64,000 nucleotides of DNA, from assembly GCF_018977255.1 (NCBI RefSeq), contig NW_024704743.1, forward strand, positions 43,092,001 through 43,156,000. The letters run 5' to 3'. This DNA is from Callorhinchus milii (taxonomy: Eukaryota). The notes beneath the pieces are model-generated. The model worked only from the letters and a program-made list of their open reading frames with translations. It made no database searches and was not told the origin of the DNA. Of this stretch, positions 38,036 to 51,826 are shown one piece after another. The position numbers and the translations under genes were made by a program. Position 1 is the first letter of the stretch. Each line of letters starts with the position of its first letter.

Positions 38036-38520
38036 ATAATGAAAATTGACCAATAATTATTGTTTACAGTGCCCTCTGGAGAGGGGAGCCTAATTTTGTA
38101 GGCAGGGAGATGGAAATAATAACCGAATGGGTGATAAACTAATACCACAAGAGGGAGTACTTACTCAGTACTTTGCAACTTTGGAATTTATGAGCAATTG
38201 AAAAATATCTTATCTCTTATGAGCTTTACAAAACTGGAAATGTAGAATATGTCTAGGTTTGCAACCGGTACTCATGTCTTTAGAGCTTAGAACTGTAGCA
38301 ACAGATAACATCCTTTCGATTCTTTCAAGGCACAAAATGTTTCAAAACTGAGAACTGAACTTAAATCAATTTACTGCATCAAGTGTTGTATTATGGCTCT
38401 CTGTGAATACGTAAAATGTATCACTTGTGAGGAGACCTCAAAGTAAAAGTAAATGTCAATTTTCACATGCTTGTTTTTTCCTACCATTTTATTGTCCTGA
38501 TGTTGTAACAACGTTACCCA

Positions 38521-38615
38521 GGGTGTCAGGCTGGCCATTGGTCTCACTCTCGCCTCTGAATCAGAAGGTTGTGGGTTAAAGCCCCACATCCAGACTTGGA
38601 GTCACGCAGTCTAAG
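38521..38615 (+). mobile_element. DeuSINE head, truncated at a DNA-transposon end
   Basis: cactctcgcctctgaatcagaaggttgtgggttaaagccccac. Confidence 0.7.
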
Positions 38616-38870
38616 CCGGGGTGGTCCAACCTTTTGGCTGCCAAGGGGCTAGATTCCTTATTTGAGGAAGGTCCGCGGGCCTCTGCATCCGAGACCATTT
38701 CCAACATTCCAACTTCTGCTCCCTCCCTGGGTGGACGTCCTCCCGGGGCATTGGCAGGAACCGGCAGTTGGGACGCAGCGTGGAGAATGGAAGTGAAACC
38801 GGCCGTTGCTGCAGTTGGTCAGTGTGGCAAGCGCATCGCTTACCAACTGCATCCTTAGCAATTTAGCTGA
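38616..38870. mobile_element. Left end of an older hAT/Charlie-like element; right end not found
   Basis: ccggggtggtccaaccttttggctgccaagggc and ggtccgcgggcc resemble CAGGGGTG..CAA Charlie termini. Confidence 0.5.
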
Positions 38871-38872
38871 TT

Positions 38873-39155
38873 GGGAGAAAGAGAGGGGGCAGAGGGGAAG
38901 AGAGAGGAAGGGGAGAAAGAGAGGCGAAAGGGGAGAGAAGGGGAAGGGAGAGAGAGAGGAGGGAAGGGGGAGAGAGAGGGGGGAAGGGAGAGGGGGAGAG
39001 GGAGAGAGAGAGGGGAAGGGGGAGAGAGGGGGAATTGGGAAAGAGGGAGAAGGGGATGAGAAGCGGAAGGGAGAGAGGGGAGAAGTGGGAAAGAGTGGGT
39101 GAGAGTGGGATGAGGGTGGGGGAGAAAGAAGGAAGGGGGAGAGAGAAGAGAAGAG
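38873..39155. repeat. Polypurine GA/G-rich low-complexity tract
   Basis: Read directly; mirrored by a CT-rich tract at 39160-39203 and 41556-41985. Confidence 0.9.
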
Positions 39156-39203
39156 GACACACTCTCTCCTGTCCCTCTCACTCTCTACACCCTCTCTCTA
39201 ACA

Positions 39204-41555
39204 CAGGGTAATTATTTTGGCTGGCGGGCCACTTCACAAATTTTGGTAAGCTTCACGGGCCACACACTTAATATGGATGAAAATGCTTAATAATAGCTCA
39301 AAATCAAGTTTTACACTTGTACATGCATAAAATAAAGTCTATATAAATGATATTCATTAAAATTAGGTTAAATAAAAACAACTCATTGATCAGACATTTA
39401 TTCGATATTTATTAATTTATTCACATATTGATGAGAATGTGAGAAGCTCACTCAATGGGAAGAATGAAAGTGCTGATGTGCGTTAACCAGACAGTTGAAG
39501 TCAGGCATCGTCTCCATTTTTTCAGTGCGGAGGACTGCTGCAAGGTGGTCATCGGTCATCACAGATCTATGTTTTGATTTATTGAATTTCATCATAGAAA
39601 ATGTCTCCTCGCATATGTATGGTGATCCAAACAGCACAAGCATCTTCCGGGCATGAGTCTTTATTTTTGGAAAGGTATATTCATTAAGAGAGATGTAAAA
39701 ACTGGCAAGCAGCACTGATTTGAATTGCTCCGCAAGCAATGGATCACATTGCAGGTCAATAAGCTTGAGTTTGAGGTCAAATGGGGCTTTGTCAACATCA
39801 AATCAGAAAGGTGAAGAGACCAAAGACAGGTCGTTTTCAATCAAATTAAAATCCTGGAATTGGCGAGAAAATTCAGCACGTAAGTCAAGTAGTGACGAAA
39901 TATACTTTTTAAGGCTTTGATCACAAACAGTAACCTGCTGCAAAGTTGGAAAGTGGGTGAACTGCCTGTTTCCTATCTGACGCAATAAAATAAATAATTT
40001 TGTCATAAATGACTTGACACTGCAACACAATTCATACACAAAGTCCCCCTTCCGTTGCAGTTTTGAATTCAGTTCATTCATGCGGCCCATGATATCAATG
40101 GCAAATGTGAAATCAGAGAGACAATTTGCATTATTCAGCTGTGGGAAATACGAATCTTTTTGTTTTATGTCCAAAAATAAATCAATCTCTGTTCTCAGTT
40201 CCCACACTCTTTTCAAGACCTTTCCTAAACTAAGTCAATCTTACATTCGTGCAATACAGAACATCCGTGTGCTCGGATTCCAATTCCTCAAGCAGAGTTA
40301 CAAATTGCCTGTGGTTTGATCCTCTTGCTCAAATGCAGTTGAGCACTTTCGTAACTGTGTCCATGACATTGCTTAGTTTTAGAACACTCTTACAGAGGAC
40401 CTCTTGGTAGATAATGCGGTGTAGAAAAACAATATTCTGTTTTGGATTTGTTTCTTTGACTTGATCTTGAATTCTTTTCAGTAACCCAACATTTTTGTCT
40501 GTCAGATTTGGGCTTCCATCAGTGGTCACATTCACCAATTTTTTCCACCCCACTCCTAATTTTAAGATACACTTATTTACTGCCTCCAAAAAGTCTTCTC
40601 CAGTTGTCGTATCTTTCATTGACTGCATTGATGCCAATTCTTCTGTGAGCTCAAAATGTTTGGTGATACCTCGAATAAAAATTATCAACTGGATTGTGTC
40701 TTTGACATCACAACTCTCATCGAGTGCCAGTGAAAAACATGCAAAATTGCTTACTTTATTTTGTTACTGCAGATACAGGTTCTCAGACATGTCCCCGACA
40801 TGTCTCACAATAGTTCACCTTGACAAGCTAATGTTCTCGAACTGTTTTTTCTTGTCTGGGCATAAAATCGAGGCAGAGTCAATCATACATTCCTTTATAA
40901 ATTCTCCTTCAGAGAATGGTTTGTTATTCTTGACGATTTTGTGTGCAATCACATAACTCATTCTTGTAATCTCATCCTGGAACGCAAATTGTTTTGTGAA
41001 AATGCTTTGCTCTTTTTGCATTCGAACAACCATCTCTTCAGCTTGTTGCCTTTTTCTTTGGCAGAAACCTTCTTATACTTGCAAGCATGTTTGCTCTCAA
41101 AATGGCAATTCAAGTTGTAGTCTTTGAGCACTGCCTCACTTTCTTTGCAAATTAAGCACACAGCTTTTCCACCCACACCGTTAAAAAANTTTTGAAGTTC
41201 ATTCTTTGTTGAATATTCGGCCCTCAGCGTCCACTTTCCGTTTCGTTGATAAACTCATTTTGAATTAACGTTGTCTTCAGTGAAAAGTATTGCCTTGGTT
41301 GTCATGCGCCCGTGTTTGAAAATTTTCTGATCCATTCATTTCTGATGTCAGCCTGATTCAACACTTAAGGGAGCGTGCGCACAACTAAGCTGTGTGATTG
41401 GCTGATGTTCCCGGTCTGATTCAAATGCGAAATTTGTTTGACTTTCTGAGACCGAATGAACTATAATTTTTTTTATTGCTGGACACAATGACGGGCCGGA
41501 TGGAATCATTTGGGTGGCCAGATATGGCCCGTGGGCCTTATTTTGCCCACCCCTG
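39204..41555 (-). mobile_element. hAT (Charlie/Buster, GTF2IRD2-like transposase) DNA transposon, full length but decayed
   Basis: 8-bp TSD CTCTAACA at 39196-39203 and 41556-41563; termini CAGGG...ttttgcccacCCCTG, with a small deletion in the left TIR. Confidence 0.93.
39452..41258 (-). pseudogene. Disrupted hAT transposase
   Basis: MSLSTKRKVDAEGRIFN start; AVCLICKE..HFESKH BED-like finger, KPFSEGEFIKEC, LALDESCD, VTTDGSPNL, FGSPYICEETFSMMK dimerisation domain; multiple stops and frameshifts. Confidence 0.9.
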
Positions 41556-41985
41556 CTCTAACACTACTCTCTCTCAATTACTCTCTCTCACTCCACTTCT
41601 CATATCCTCTCACACTCCCCACCCTCCTCCTCTCTAACACACACTCTCTCTCAATTACTCTCCCTCACTCCCCTTCCCTCCCACACACTCTCTCTCTATC
41701 CCTTCTCAAATCCTTTCTCAATTATCCACTCTCAATCTCCCATTCACTCTCTCTCTGATTCTTTCTCTCCCCCTCTCTCACTTTCTCTCAATCTCTCTCT
41801 GCTCTCTCCCTCTCTCAAACACTCTCTCACACAGTCTCTCTCTCACTTCCCCTTCCTTACCTCTCTCTCACACACATTCTCTCCTCCCTTTCCCCCTTTC
41901 TTACGTTTCTCTCACACATACTCTCTCCCCCCTCTCTCCCTCCCCACCTCTCTCCCCTTTCCCCCTCTTTCTCTTCCCTCCTCAA
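41556..41985. repeat. CT-rich low-complexity tract
   Basis: Read directly. Confidence 0.9.
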
Positions 41986-42919
41986 TTCCTTGGGGATGTG
42001 GGTGGGGGTATGAATGTGTGTGGTGTGTGTTTGGGGGTATGATTTGGGGGATGGGGTGGGATGTGTGTGTCTGTGTGTACAAAGGGCAATTTCAGGTCAG
42101 ACACAATATTTCTTTATAACCATGAAATTCATGAATGCAACCGGTTGCCAGTAAGTAAGGGTGGTTGAGGCCAGGGCACTGGACTCTTTAGAAAAACAAC
42201 CTGATGCTATGAAGGGTAGCGTGGGTATTCTGGAAACATTAGATCAAATCGGCTGAAAGGTCTTCTTCGTTCAACCAATCTTGGGATCACATGATAAAAT
42301 GGTAAGTTTTGTTTTCCCAACTGATGCAGTGCTGGCAACAGAAACACTTTACTTGGTCAGGTACGAAACAATTCAGGAGGGTTGGCTATCAAACTGCCAT
42401 CAGTAGACACATTGCTGGGAGCTTAAGCAAGATAACAGGGTGTGTAGTCATGTCCTCAGACTTGTTAACAGAAAGCACAGCAGAACTTGTGAAACATTCC
42501 AATTACTGACAGATAAAAACAGGGGCCTGTGAACTTGAGTCTCCCTCCAGCAGGTAACATTGATTTTTGTTGACGTCTAGTAGAAAGTGAGATGCACTTT
42601 CCAACTTTATTTTTACATGAATAGCAAAATACTGCATTATTATTATTACCTCTCATTTTTTCTACCCATTCTCAAGGAATGTTCTTAATCCTCACAAAAC
42701 AAGGGGTAGCTTTCACTTCGTTAAATGCAAATATTTTCGGATTGGACATTTTGAGACTTTGGTATATCTGGGCAGAATAATATGATCATATATTTTAGCA
42801 TTTTTACAGAAAATTAGAAAGTCTTTGTATATTTACTAATACAAAAACAAATTGGCTGGAAAATATTGCCTTGGTATGAAACTCCTCAAAAATGCCTATA
42901 GAGAACTACAGTCTAATAT

Positions 42920-43076
42920 AATAATAATAATCCTTGCATTTGATATACCCTTTTCATGCCTTCAAGAAGTCTCAAAGTGCTTCACAGAATATACTGTAAA
43001 GTGAATTGACTGTAAATTTGTGGGCAAAACGTTGTAGCTAATTGCACACAGCAGTGTCCCACAAACAGTCGTGGAT
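42920..43076 (-). mobile_element. SINE 3' half
   Basis: Tail and core match. Confidence 0.85.
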
Positions 43077-44440
43077 GAAGGTTATTAAGTGCTCTGGGAC
43101 ACTACCCTGTGTGAGGGGTGCTATATCAATGCAAGTTGTTGTTGTTATTGTAATGACAGCATGAACAACTGTGAGAATGAAGGGAGTGTTGGAGAAGGTG
43201 GAAGAGGGATATGAACAAACACAATCCCCAGAAATCTATTCACTGCTTGGCGAACAGCCAAGTGTGAATGACAAAAACAAGGGAAATGAAAGTGAAAGTG
43301 CAGCCTCAAGAATGGAAACAGTAACTATTCAAATGTTGTGCCACTATTGTTGTGGCAATAAACATTGCAACACAAACCGATAACAATATTTTATGTCTAA
43401 ATATTATGGAAGAGTATAATACTATAAAGATAATTTGGAATGTCTTAAAATATCCTGCACTCAGTCATTTGAATGCAGTTTCCAAAGATATGATTCAAGT
43501 GAACACAAAGTGACTATCTTGCTGTTATAACAATAATAATCCGTGCATTCAATATAACACCTTGGGAAGATGTTTCAAAATACTTGATAGGGTTTACGCC
43601 TGCTATTTGAAAGAAAAAAGGATTCTTTCTCCTGGTCATTCTGGTTTCTATTCCACTCCTAATCCAATTTTATTTTTTATGGTCTCAGTGGCCATTGGAT
43701 TAAATTGTACTGTCAGTCCAAATGTAGTTACAGTTTACAATCACCACCACATAATAATTCACAGTACCGAATTACATAACAAGATAGCCTGGGTATATAC
43801 AGGAGTCAGAGCATTAGTGACCATCCCCTAAAGCAAACCGATTCCACTGGGAATATCATTACCACCCCCCCAACTCAGCTAACACTGTGGCTTTGCTTAA
43901 CACACCTGTTGAGCCATTTAACCACCACTTAAAGGTTTTTACAACAGCCTCACCTCAGTGGTCAGGTGCTGGATGAATATTCAAGTCAGGTGCTGATAAA
44001 GGCAAAAACAAATGGATTTTGCCCAATATTCCCTCCACTTAAGCTCCCGCCCCTCTGCATCCTGAAGGGTATCGACAAAGAAGACTTCAATATTATTAAG
44101 TGGATCCACAATAAGACTTCATGATATCAAATTCACAAAAAGGAATAGACAATTTAGATACATATTAATTGCTTTATGAAAGAGTAGTAAACATGTGGAA
44201 CGGTTTCCTCAGAGATTTGATGGAGGTGGATAGTGTGGGCAGTTTCAAAAGGGAATTGGATGCATTTTGATGGTGGAGATTTTTCCTCCCTTGTTCCTCT
44301 CCCAACCTATCAGTGGTGCCAGTCACTTGTAGTCCAGCGGGTGACTCGTTGGGGTGTCCTCACCTCCCAATTGGCCAATGGACCTCAGAGTCTGCGGGGT
44401 GAAATGTGCGAGGGTGGACATCTTTGAGGAGTTGTCATGG

Positions 44441-44645
44441 GAGTCCTGTAACATAGTGGTTAGCATGCTTGCATCACAAGCAGGAGGGCACAGGTTTGAT
44501 TCCTGGGTGGGGCTAAACCTTAGGCAAGTTTCCATATTCCAGACACCTCTGTTTACCTAGCAGTAAATAAGACTTGGTTGCTGTGTGCAATTGGTTGCTG
44601 TGGTTCGCCCACAAAATACAGTCAACCCACTTTACAGTATATTAC
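44441..44645 (+). mobile_element. Degenerate, internally deleted tRNA-Ala SINE
   Basis: gagtcctgtaacatagtggttagc...ggcaagtttcc...ctgtttacctagcagtaa. Confidence 0.75.
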
Positions 44646-45548
44646 AGGAAGGATGGGGGAAGACGGCAATCTTTGACGCTGGCATTGTTTTTACTCAGCC
44701 CTCCCCAAAGAATATTTTTATCTGCCACCTATGTTGTTGAGACTACGTTACAGTATTGCTTTGTACGCAGCTCCGCCATACTCTATATTTTAACAATACT
44801 TACCGAAGTTATCATTAACTTATTATCTGGAAGTTTGTAGAAGCTGCACCGTGAATGTTTCTACTACAGAAATGCTCATGGATAGGAGAGTGCAGTTATT
44901 TGACACTCCAACTTCCTTTTATGATCTTCTAACTGCAGTCATAATGTTGCATGTTTTGAAGGTACAATACAGGGAGGGACTGCGGTTCAAAACTAAAGGA
45001 TCCTTAAGGAATAAGGCAATTGCAGGACAATTCAGCCTTGTGTCTCACTCGGGTGGCTATCTGGGTGAAATGCGGGGTCTTGTTTGCGGAGGAGAATGGT
45101 TGCACTGTGACATCATTAACTTCTGCGCTTTTGAATGCAGTGTTGTGGTTACGGAAAGGTTTTCACTATGGCATCACGGTGTATGAATTCAAACTCGAGG
45201 TGTTGTGGATACTGGAACCTATATTGATGTCAATTAGACTGAGTTATTGTGATGTCACCTGTTTCCTTACAGTTGTAAAATCAGAGTCTCGACAACCACT
45301 GAAAAACCTCTGCAAAGCTCTCCCCTACAATGTGACGGTTGTCACTTTAACAAAAGTAAGTCCTTTGCAATCCTCAAGACACTGTCGTTGACTAACCCGG
45401 TAGATCCAGTACTTTCATTTTTTTCTTTAAAAACTAAGAAACCTGAAGCGAGGGGCTGAGCCCTACAGTGAGGACAGAATCATTAGGTTGAGACATGTAG
45501 TAGAGAGGAGATAATTAAAAATAATTGTGGTTAGTGATGGCAAGCTTA

Positions 45549-46149
45549 ATAATAATAATAATCCTTGCATTTGATATAGCAACTTTCCTTCGGCCACACT
45601 CCCAATCCCACTCCCCCTACCCTCCAACCTTCTTCATTCCAACCCTCAGCTCAGGTGCAACCCTTTAACAGTCCAGCACCTTGGGACGTCCTTCCGACAT
45701 GAAAGGTGTAATATAAATGTAATTTGTTGTTGTTGTTGTTCGCCTTATATCATTGAGACGTCTCAAAACACTTCACAGTATATACTGTAAAGTGGATTGC
45801 CTGTATTTTGTGTGTGAGATGTGGCAGCCAATTGGGCAAAACAGTGTCTCTCTCAGAAACAGTCATGGAGTGACTACCAATTTTATTTGGGGGATTTGTT
45901 GGTCAGGACCCCAGGAGAAACTCCCTTCTCTTTTCAAATAGTGCCATGGGATCTTTCACGTCCACTTGAACAGACAGAGTGGACCTTGGCTTAACATCTC
46001 ATCCAAGGGACGACATTTCTGATAATGCACCACGCCCCAGGACTGCAATGAGTGTCATCTTAGACTATGTAATTCCAAGTCCTGATGTTAGGTTTGAACT
46101 CATAACCTTCTTACTCAGAGGCGAGAGTGCTACCACTGAGCCAGACTGA
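45549..46149 (-). mobile_element. DeuSINE with a nested + strand L2 3' end (45581-45740)
   Basis: SINE tail gatatagc|...|cgccttat is split by a (GTT)n-ended insert; Deu core gtgccatgggatctttcacgtccac. Confidence 0.8.
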
Positions 46150-47004
46150 AAAGCCTATAGTTTGAAGGAGGGTAAAAGACTCAGGTGGCTAAGGAATGCA
46201 TGGCTTTGAGGTACTGGGAAACATAAGTTAGAGTCAAAAATGATGTGATGAATCTTGATTCCAACTTAATCACAATTTGGTTACTGCAGAGAACTTTTTT
46301 CCACTTTAATGAATATTTTCCTTCTCTTCCTCTTTGATATCTTTATTGCTTCCACTGGGATACATTTCCACCAGGCCCTAGTGCCCTCTGATATCTCATC
46401 TGACCTCCACATAAACACCTTCTAACAGAGAGGTCTTTGGAGTGCAACAAGAAGGAACAAGACTTCTGATTGATTCTCTCTCCCTAAACCAGGGCAAAGT
46501 GCCAAGGGCAATTGTTGTGCTCCAACTACTGCTCCAGCAGAGATCAGGTAACGCACCATAAAGTGGGATTATGAATTTACAACCTTCTGATGTTGCAAAG
46601 TATTGGCTTTTCACAACAAATCATTGAGAGCTTAATGTCTTATGTAAGAAATGAAGATCTGAGCTAGAAAATACAGAGTGAATGCTATCAGACAATATTG
46701 AGGAGATTAAAGTATAGTAGAAGCCATTGGTGTTCCTATCTAATGTTTAATATCATCAATAGAGTATCACACATTTTCTTGTATTTCTTAACCATAGTCT
46801 TTAGTTTTCCTGCATAGTTTTCTGTATACACATGTAAAAATGGCAAGCATATATGTATATATATGCTTGTATAAATCATGAAACTTGCTTTTTTGTTCCA
46901 CACTTTGCTGGGTGTATCCTGTGATGGGTACTTTCCTCTGAGAAAAGTACTAGAGTACTGCACACTTAAGACTCTTTGATATCAGAACATCTGTTATATA
47001 AAAA

Positions 47005-47156
47005 ATAATTTGGTCACTCACGACTGTTTGTGGGACACTGTTGTGCGCAATTGGCTGCCGCTTTTCGACCACAAAATACACAGTCAATTCACTTCACAGC
47101 ATATTCTGTGAAGCGCTTTGAGATGTCTCAACAATGTGATAAGGCACTATATCAAA
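47005..47156 (+). mobile_element. SINE 3' half
   Basis: Core and tail match. Confidence 0.85.
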
Positions 47157-48330
47157 CTGGTGATGGAGGTACGAGGTTTAGTGCAGATGAATATGCAGAT
47201 GGCGGAGTTTTGGATCAGCTGGATCCTGGACATAATGGAGCTAAGAGGGCGTTTGAAAAGTCCAGTCGAGAGGTGTCGAACACATGGACGAGTGTTACAG
47301 CTGCGTCTGGGGTAAGATACGGAGGCTGGCAATGTGGCGGAGGTGGAGGAAGGCGGTCCTGGTTAGGGACCGGATGTGGGGAAGGAAGGACAGCTGTGGG
47401 TCGAACCTGATGCCAAGGTTGCGCACTGATTCAGTAAGTCTGAGGGATAGGCTGGGGAGCTTGAGGTCAGAGCCGCAGGAATAGAAGACTTTGATGGGAG
47501 CCAATGAGTATGGCTTCCTTCTTGTCAACATTGAGTTGTAGAAAATTTTCGCTCATCCAGGCCATGATGTCCGCCAGGCATCCCAAAAGAACATCGGCAG
47601 ACCTGGAGTCGCAGCTGGAGGAGGATTAGATTTGTTTGTCATCCGCATACATGAGGAAGTTTACCCCATGTCTGCAGATCACATTGCCAAGAGGGAGCAT
47701 ATGATGAGGAAGAGGAGGGGGCCAAGGATGGAGCCTTGAGGTACAGCAGGCGGGGGGGAGGGTAGAAACTGTTTGAGGAGATAAAGTAAAGACGGCTTGT
47801 TAGGTAGGACTTGAACCAGGCCTACTGAGGTGGATGAGGGAGGAGACGCAGTGTCAAATGCAGCGGAGAGATCCAGGAGGATGAGGCAGAGAGAACCCTG
47901 GTCACAGAGAAAGAGGACGTCATTTGTAACCTTGACCAGCCCTGTCTCTGTGTTATGGGCAGGGTGGAACCCAGACTGGAGGGGTAAAAGGGGAAAAGGA
48001 GTGTAGGGAGGGGCGAGTGGTGTGAGCCATGGCAGAAGGAGAGGGTGGTGCAGACAGGCTGGGNTGGGGTGCAAAAAGGGACATAGGCGAGGAAGAGGCA
48101 GCCAAGCGTATATTTTCGATTTTTGATACGAAGATGTGTAGGACCTCTTCACCCTTGGCATTAGAGGTGAGGATGGAGGCAGCTTGGGTGGGGATTGGTG
48201 ATTGCACGGAAAAGATGATGGATGGTGGAGAACAGTGCCTTTGGGTTGTTTTTAGCCTCCAAAATGGTTTTGGTTTGCGAGAGGGAGAGCGATAGTTGTG
48301 GAGATCCTCGAGCCACAGCTGGCGATGGAT
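47157..48330 (-). mobile_element. Decayed L2 RT fragment
   Basis: [41 protein letters not shown]. Confidence 0.9.
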
Positions 48331-48589
48331 TCAAATCACTACAGGGAATAGAAAATAATAAAGATTGACTTATTTCAGCACCTGAGGGCCACCTCCAACC
48401 TAGGAACCATCCAGGTTGATCAAAATCTGTCGTACAAAGAGTTATGCAGCCATTTCCTCTGTCACTGGTTGAACTGACTTGCAGTATTTTACTGTCTCAT
48501 TTCTTCACCTTATAGTAGTTGTACTACACTGTAGTTGTACTACAGTGGTCATTTACCTTAAATATCACATTTGGTTTATTTGTTGATAA

Positions 48590-49430
48590 GCTGGGTCATC
48601 TGCTAACACTTGCACCTCCGAGACAGAGGTTATGGGTTTGTTGTGACTTGAAGTTCACATTCTAGGCTGACAGTCCAGTGCTGGGATGTGTTGCATTGGT
48701 GATGGTTTCCTTCTGCGGTTGAGCTGTTAAACCAAGGGCTCAATTGCCTACTCAGGTGAACGTTACAGATCCCATGGTACTATTCAAAAGAGAAGGGAAA
48801 TTCTCTCTGTGTCCTGACCAACATCACCCCAGTTCATTCACTTCATAGCTGTTTGTGGGACATTGCTGTGCAAATCGGCTGCCATGTACTCCTGACAATA
48901 CCGTCGCTCCAGACTTCATAGCAAAATTCTGTGAATTGCTTTGAGATATCTCAACAATGTAGTAAGGCACTAAATCATGCAAGATTAATTATATATTTGA
49001 ATTTTCTTAACATGCTTTCCTTTTTTTTACTTTGGAAATGAGGTTTTCTTAAATCCAAAAAAAAAAAATTGTTTTCAGGCAAGCTCCACAAAGAAGGTAG
49101 TTTTTCTGATTAGAAAATCTTCACTGTATGTACAGGTATTTAAAATTCCCACATTATTGCACCATTTTAAGATATATACCATCTGACTGTTCAGGGAGAC
49201 ATCAAAGACACTATTCAAAAAGAGAAGGAAGTTTCTCCTGGTTTCCTGGCCAACAATCTCCCAAATAAAATTGGTTATTTATTTTATGGCTGTTTGTGGG
49301 AAAATGCTGTGCACAATTGGCTGTCACATTCACCCACAAAATGCACAGTCATCTACTTTATAGTATATCCTGTGAAGAGTTTTGAGACATCCTCCTGAAG
49401 TGACATATCAAATGTAAGGATTATTATTTT
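48590..49430 (+). mobile_element. Two degenerate DeuSINEs (48590-48990 and 49180-49430)
   Basis: ttaaaccaagggc...caggtgaacgttacagatcccatggtactattc; cctggccaacaatc. Confidence 0.75.
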
Positions 49431-50664
49431 ATTCTGCATTGCAAGTTTATTTACTCCATGTGATTGCAATCAACTACAACAGAGACACAAAATAAGATAC
49501 TACTAAACTTGTCCAAATAACAAATGAGCAAAATCAAAAATAATAATAATAACCAATGTATTCATTCTGAGCAGCACAATAAATGTGACCTTAACTTTTA
49601 TACATGTATGAGTCTTCCAGAGGACACAAAGGGTCAAGACGGCAATGCAAAGTGGGGGAAAGAGTTTCATGCACTGAAATGCAGACATTGATCAGTTTCT
49701 TACTGTAAATGAATGCTTTAAAGTCAAATGTTTCCCTGGTGTTTGAGTCTCTGACTCCCTCTCTAACTTCCAGTTTTCAATGTGGCAGGCCTCCCTCTCT
49801 CAAGAGCCGGGCCTGCTTCATGGAAAATGACAGCAATATCCTCAGAGAATTCCTGATACAAAACCAGCTAAATAAACTATCTGCATAATCTAAACTATGC
49901 ATGATTGATAATGAATATTACAAGCTAAACAATTCACAAAATTTACAACTCTAGCAACAAGGATGAGCTCAGACCTTGGTTATCTTATTTGTGAGGAACT
50001 ATGGTACAATATAAATAACACAACCACTTTTTTTTGCATTCATGAAAGGAAAATCTCATATTTTTCTCTTTCTTCCTCTCCTGTTTTCCCATTATTCTAG
50101 GAGAAGGCTGCTGATGTAGTTGTCAAAAAAGAAAAAGCATCTGAGCCCTTATCTTATATACCTACCTTTTCCTCCTTCCTGAATTTGGAAGGCACTGAGC
50201 CTTTCATTATGACAACAGCTATGTAGTTGGCAGAAACCTTGCTGCACTCAGTAAGATGTATTGATTTTACTGTGAACTAGAGGACTTTTGTTTATACCCT
50301 GGGGTGCCTGCTCCCTATATAACTACAGTTTGTTTCTCATTTCTTGTCAGTCTTTCTACTGCCGTGTTTATATTGCAATTCTGCAGCTGGTGTCAGTACT
50401 GTGATATAAACAAAGTGGTGCAATTATCTCTAGAGGTGTTTCCCATCACATCCCATGTCTTCATTCTGCACGTAGAAACAGCAGTGTCAGAGACAAGAGG
50501 ATAAATGGTTCCACCCTCTTGTATTGCTGGCCACACCTCACTAGACATGCATGAGCTGAGCTGTCAACATTGCAATATCTGCTTCCTTGCCTGTAAATTC
50601 CTTTCCCCACACTGGAGAAGGTTCATGGCCAATAAAGAATTGCAAATTGAAAAGAAGCTGAAAG

Positions 50665-51228
50665 AGATCAAGGGTGTTAATTGACTCATCGTTCACCGTG
50701 TCAGAACATTGTGAGGCAGCAATGAACAAGCTAAATGGGATGCTGGGCTATATTGCTACATCAGTTGAGTTGAGATCTCCAATAATAATGCTCAAGCTGT
50801 AAGTGCTCTCATGACCGCATACAGTTCAGTTCTGGCTACCATAGCATACGAGGGATACCCAGGCTCCAGAGGCATTGCAGAAGAGAGCAATGAGGATAAT
50901 TCCTAGTGTTAAAGGAATAAGCTATGAGGAGCTTGGACTCCTCAGTCTTGGAATCAGATGTATCGGATGGGTTGTTAAGATATACAAGATTTTAAATGGA
51001 ATTTAGAAAGTAAACTCAAAACAATATTTTCAAACACTCTAAGGCGGAAGAAGAAGAAGACACAGGCTTAGGGTTGCAAAGGACAATATCAAGGCCGGGA
51101 AGTCTTATTTAGAAGGTAAGATAAGATTTTTTATATAGAAGATAATTAATGACTGCAAATAGTGGAAATTGGGAACTTTCTCCCCAAAACTCTCTCCCTC
51201 AAAACTGAGGTGGATAGATTTTTGTTAT
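50665..51228 (+). mobile_element. Degenerate CR1 3' fragment
   Basis: gggatgctgggctatattgct; gttcagttctgg; cagaagagagcaatgaggataattcc. Confidence 0.7.
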
Positions 51229-51730
51229 AATAATAATAATAAACCTTGCATTTGATATAGCACCTTATCACATCTTCGCGATGTCTTAAACCAATTCACA
51301 GTATGCACTGTAAAGTGAATTGATTGTATATTTTGTGGAGGAAATGCGTCAGCCATTTGCCCACAGCAGTGTCCCACAAACAGTAATGGATTGAGTGACC
51401 AATTTATTAGTTTCTTTTTTTGAAGGAATTATTACCCCCAGAAAAGCAATCCGCCAATCGACTAACAACCGGGTTCCCACTTACTGTTAGGTAAAGAGAG
51501 ACGTGTGGGGTAAGGAAACTTGCCCAACGTTTTGCCCTGCTCAGGAAGTGAACCCAGGTCTCTCGCTTGCGAGGCAAGTGCTCTAACCACTGAGCTACAA
51601 GTAAGGCTATTAAGGGATAATAATAATAATAATCCTTGCATTTGATATAGCGCTTTTCACGTCTTCTCGACGTCTCAAAGCGCTTCACAGAATATGCTGT
51701 AAAGTGAATTGACTGTATATTTATGGGCGA
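51228..51730 (-). mobile_element. Full long-subfamily SINE (51228-51599) and a SINE tail (51618-51730)
   Basis: Match to 9491-9863. Confidence 0.9.
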
Positions 51731-51826
51731 AGGTGGGTAATTGGAGTTGTGGTACAGATCAGCCATGAACTAATAGAACGGCGGAACAGGCTTGAGGGGC
51801 TAAATGGCCTACTCCTGTTCCTATGA
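51731..51826 (+). mobile_element. CR1 3' terminus
   Basis: gatcagccatga...ggcttgaggggctaaatggcctactcctgttcctatg. Confidence 0.75.
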
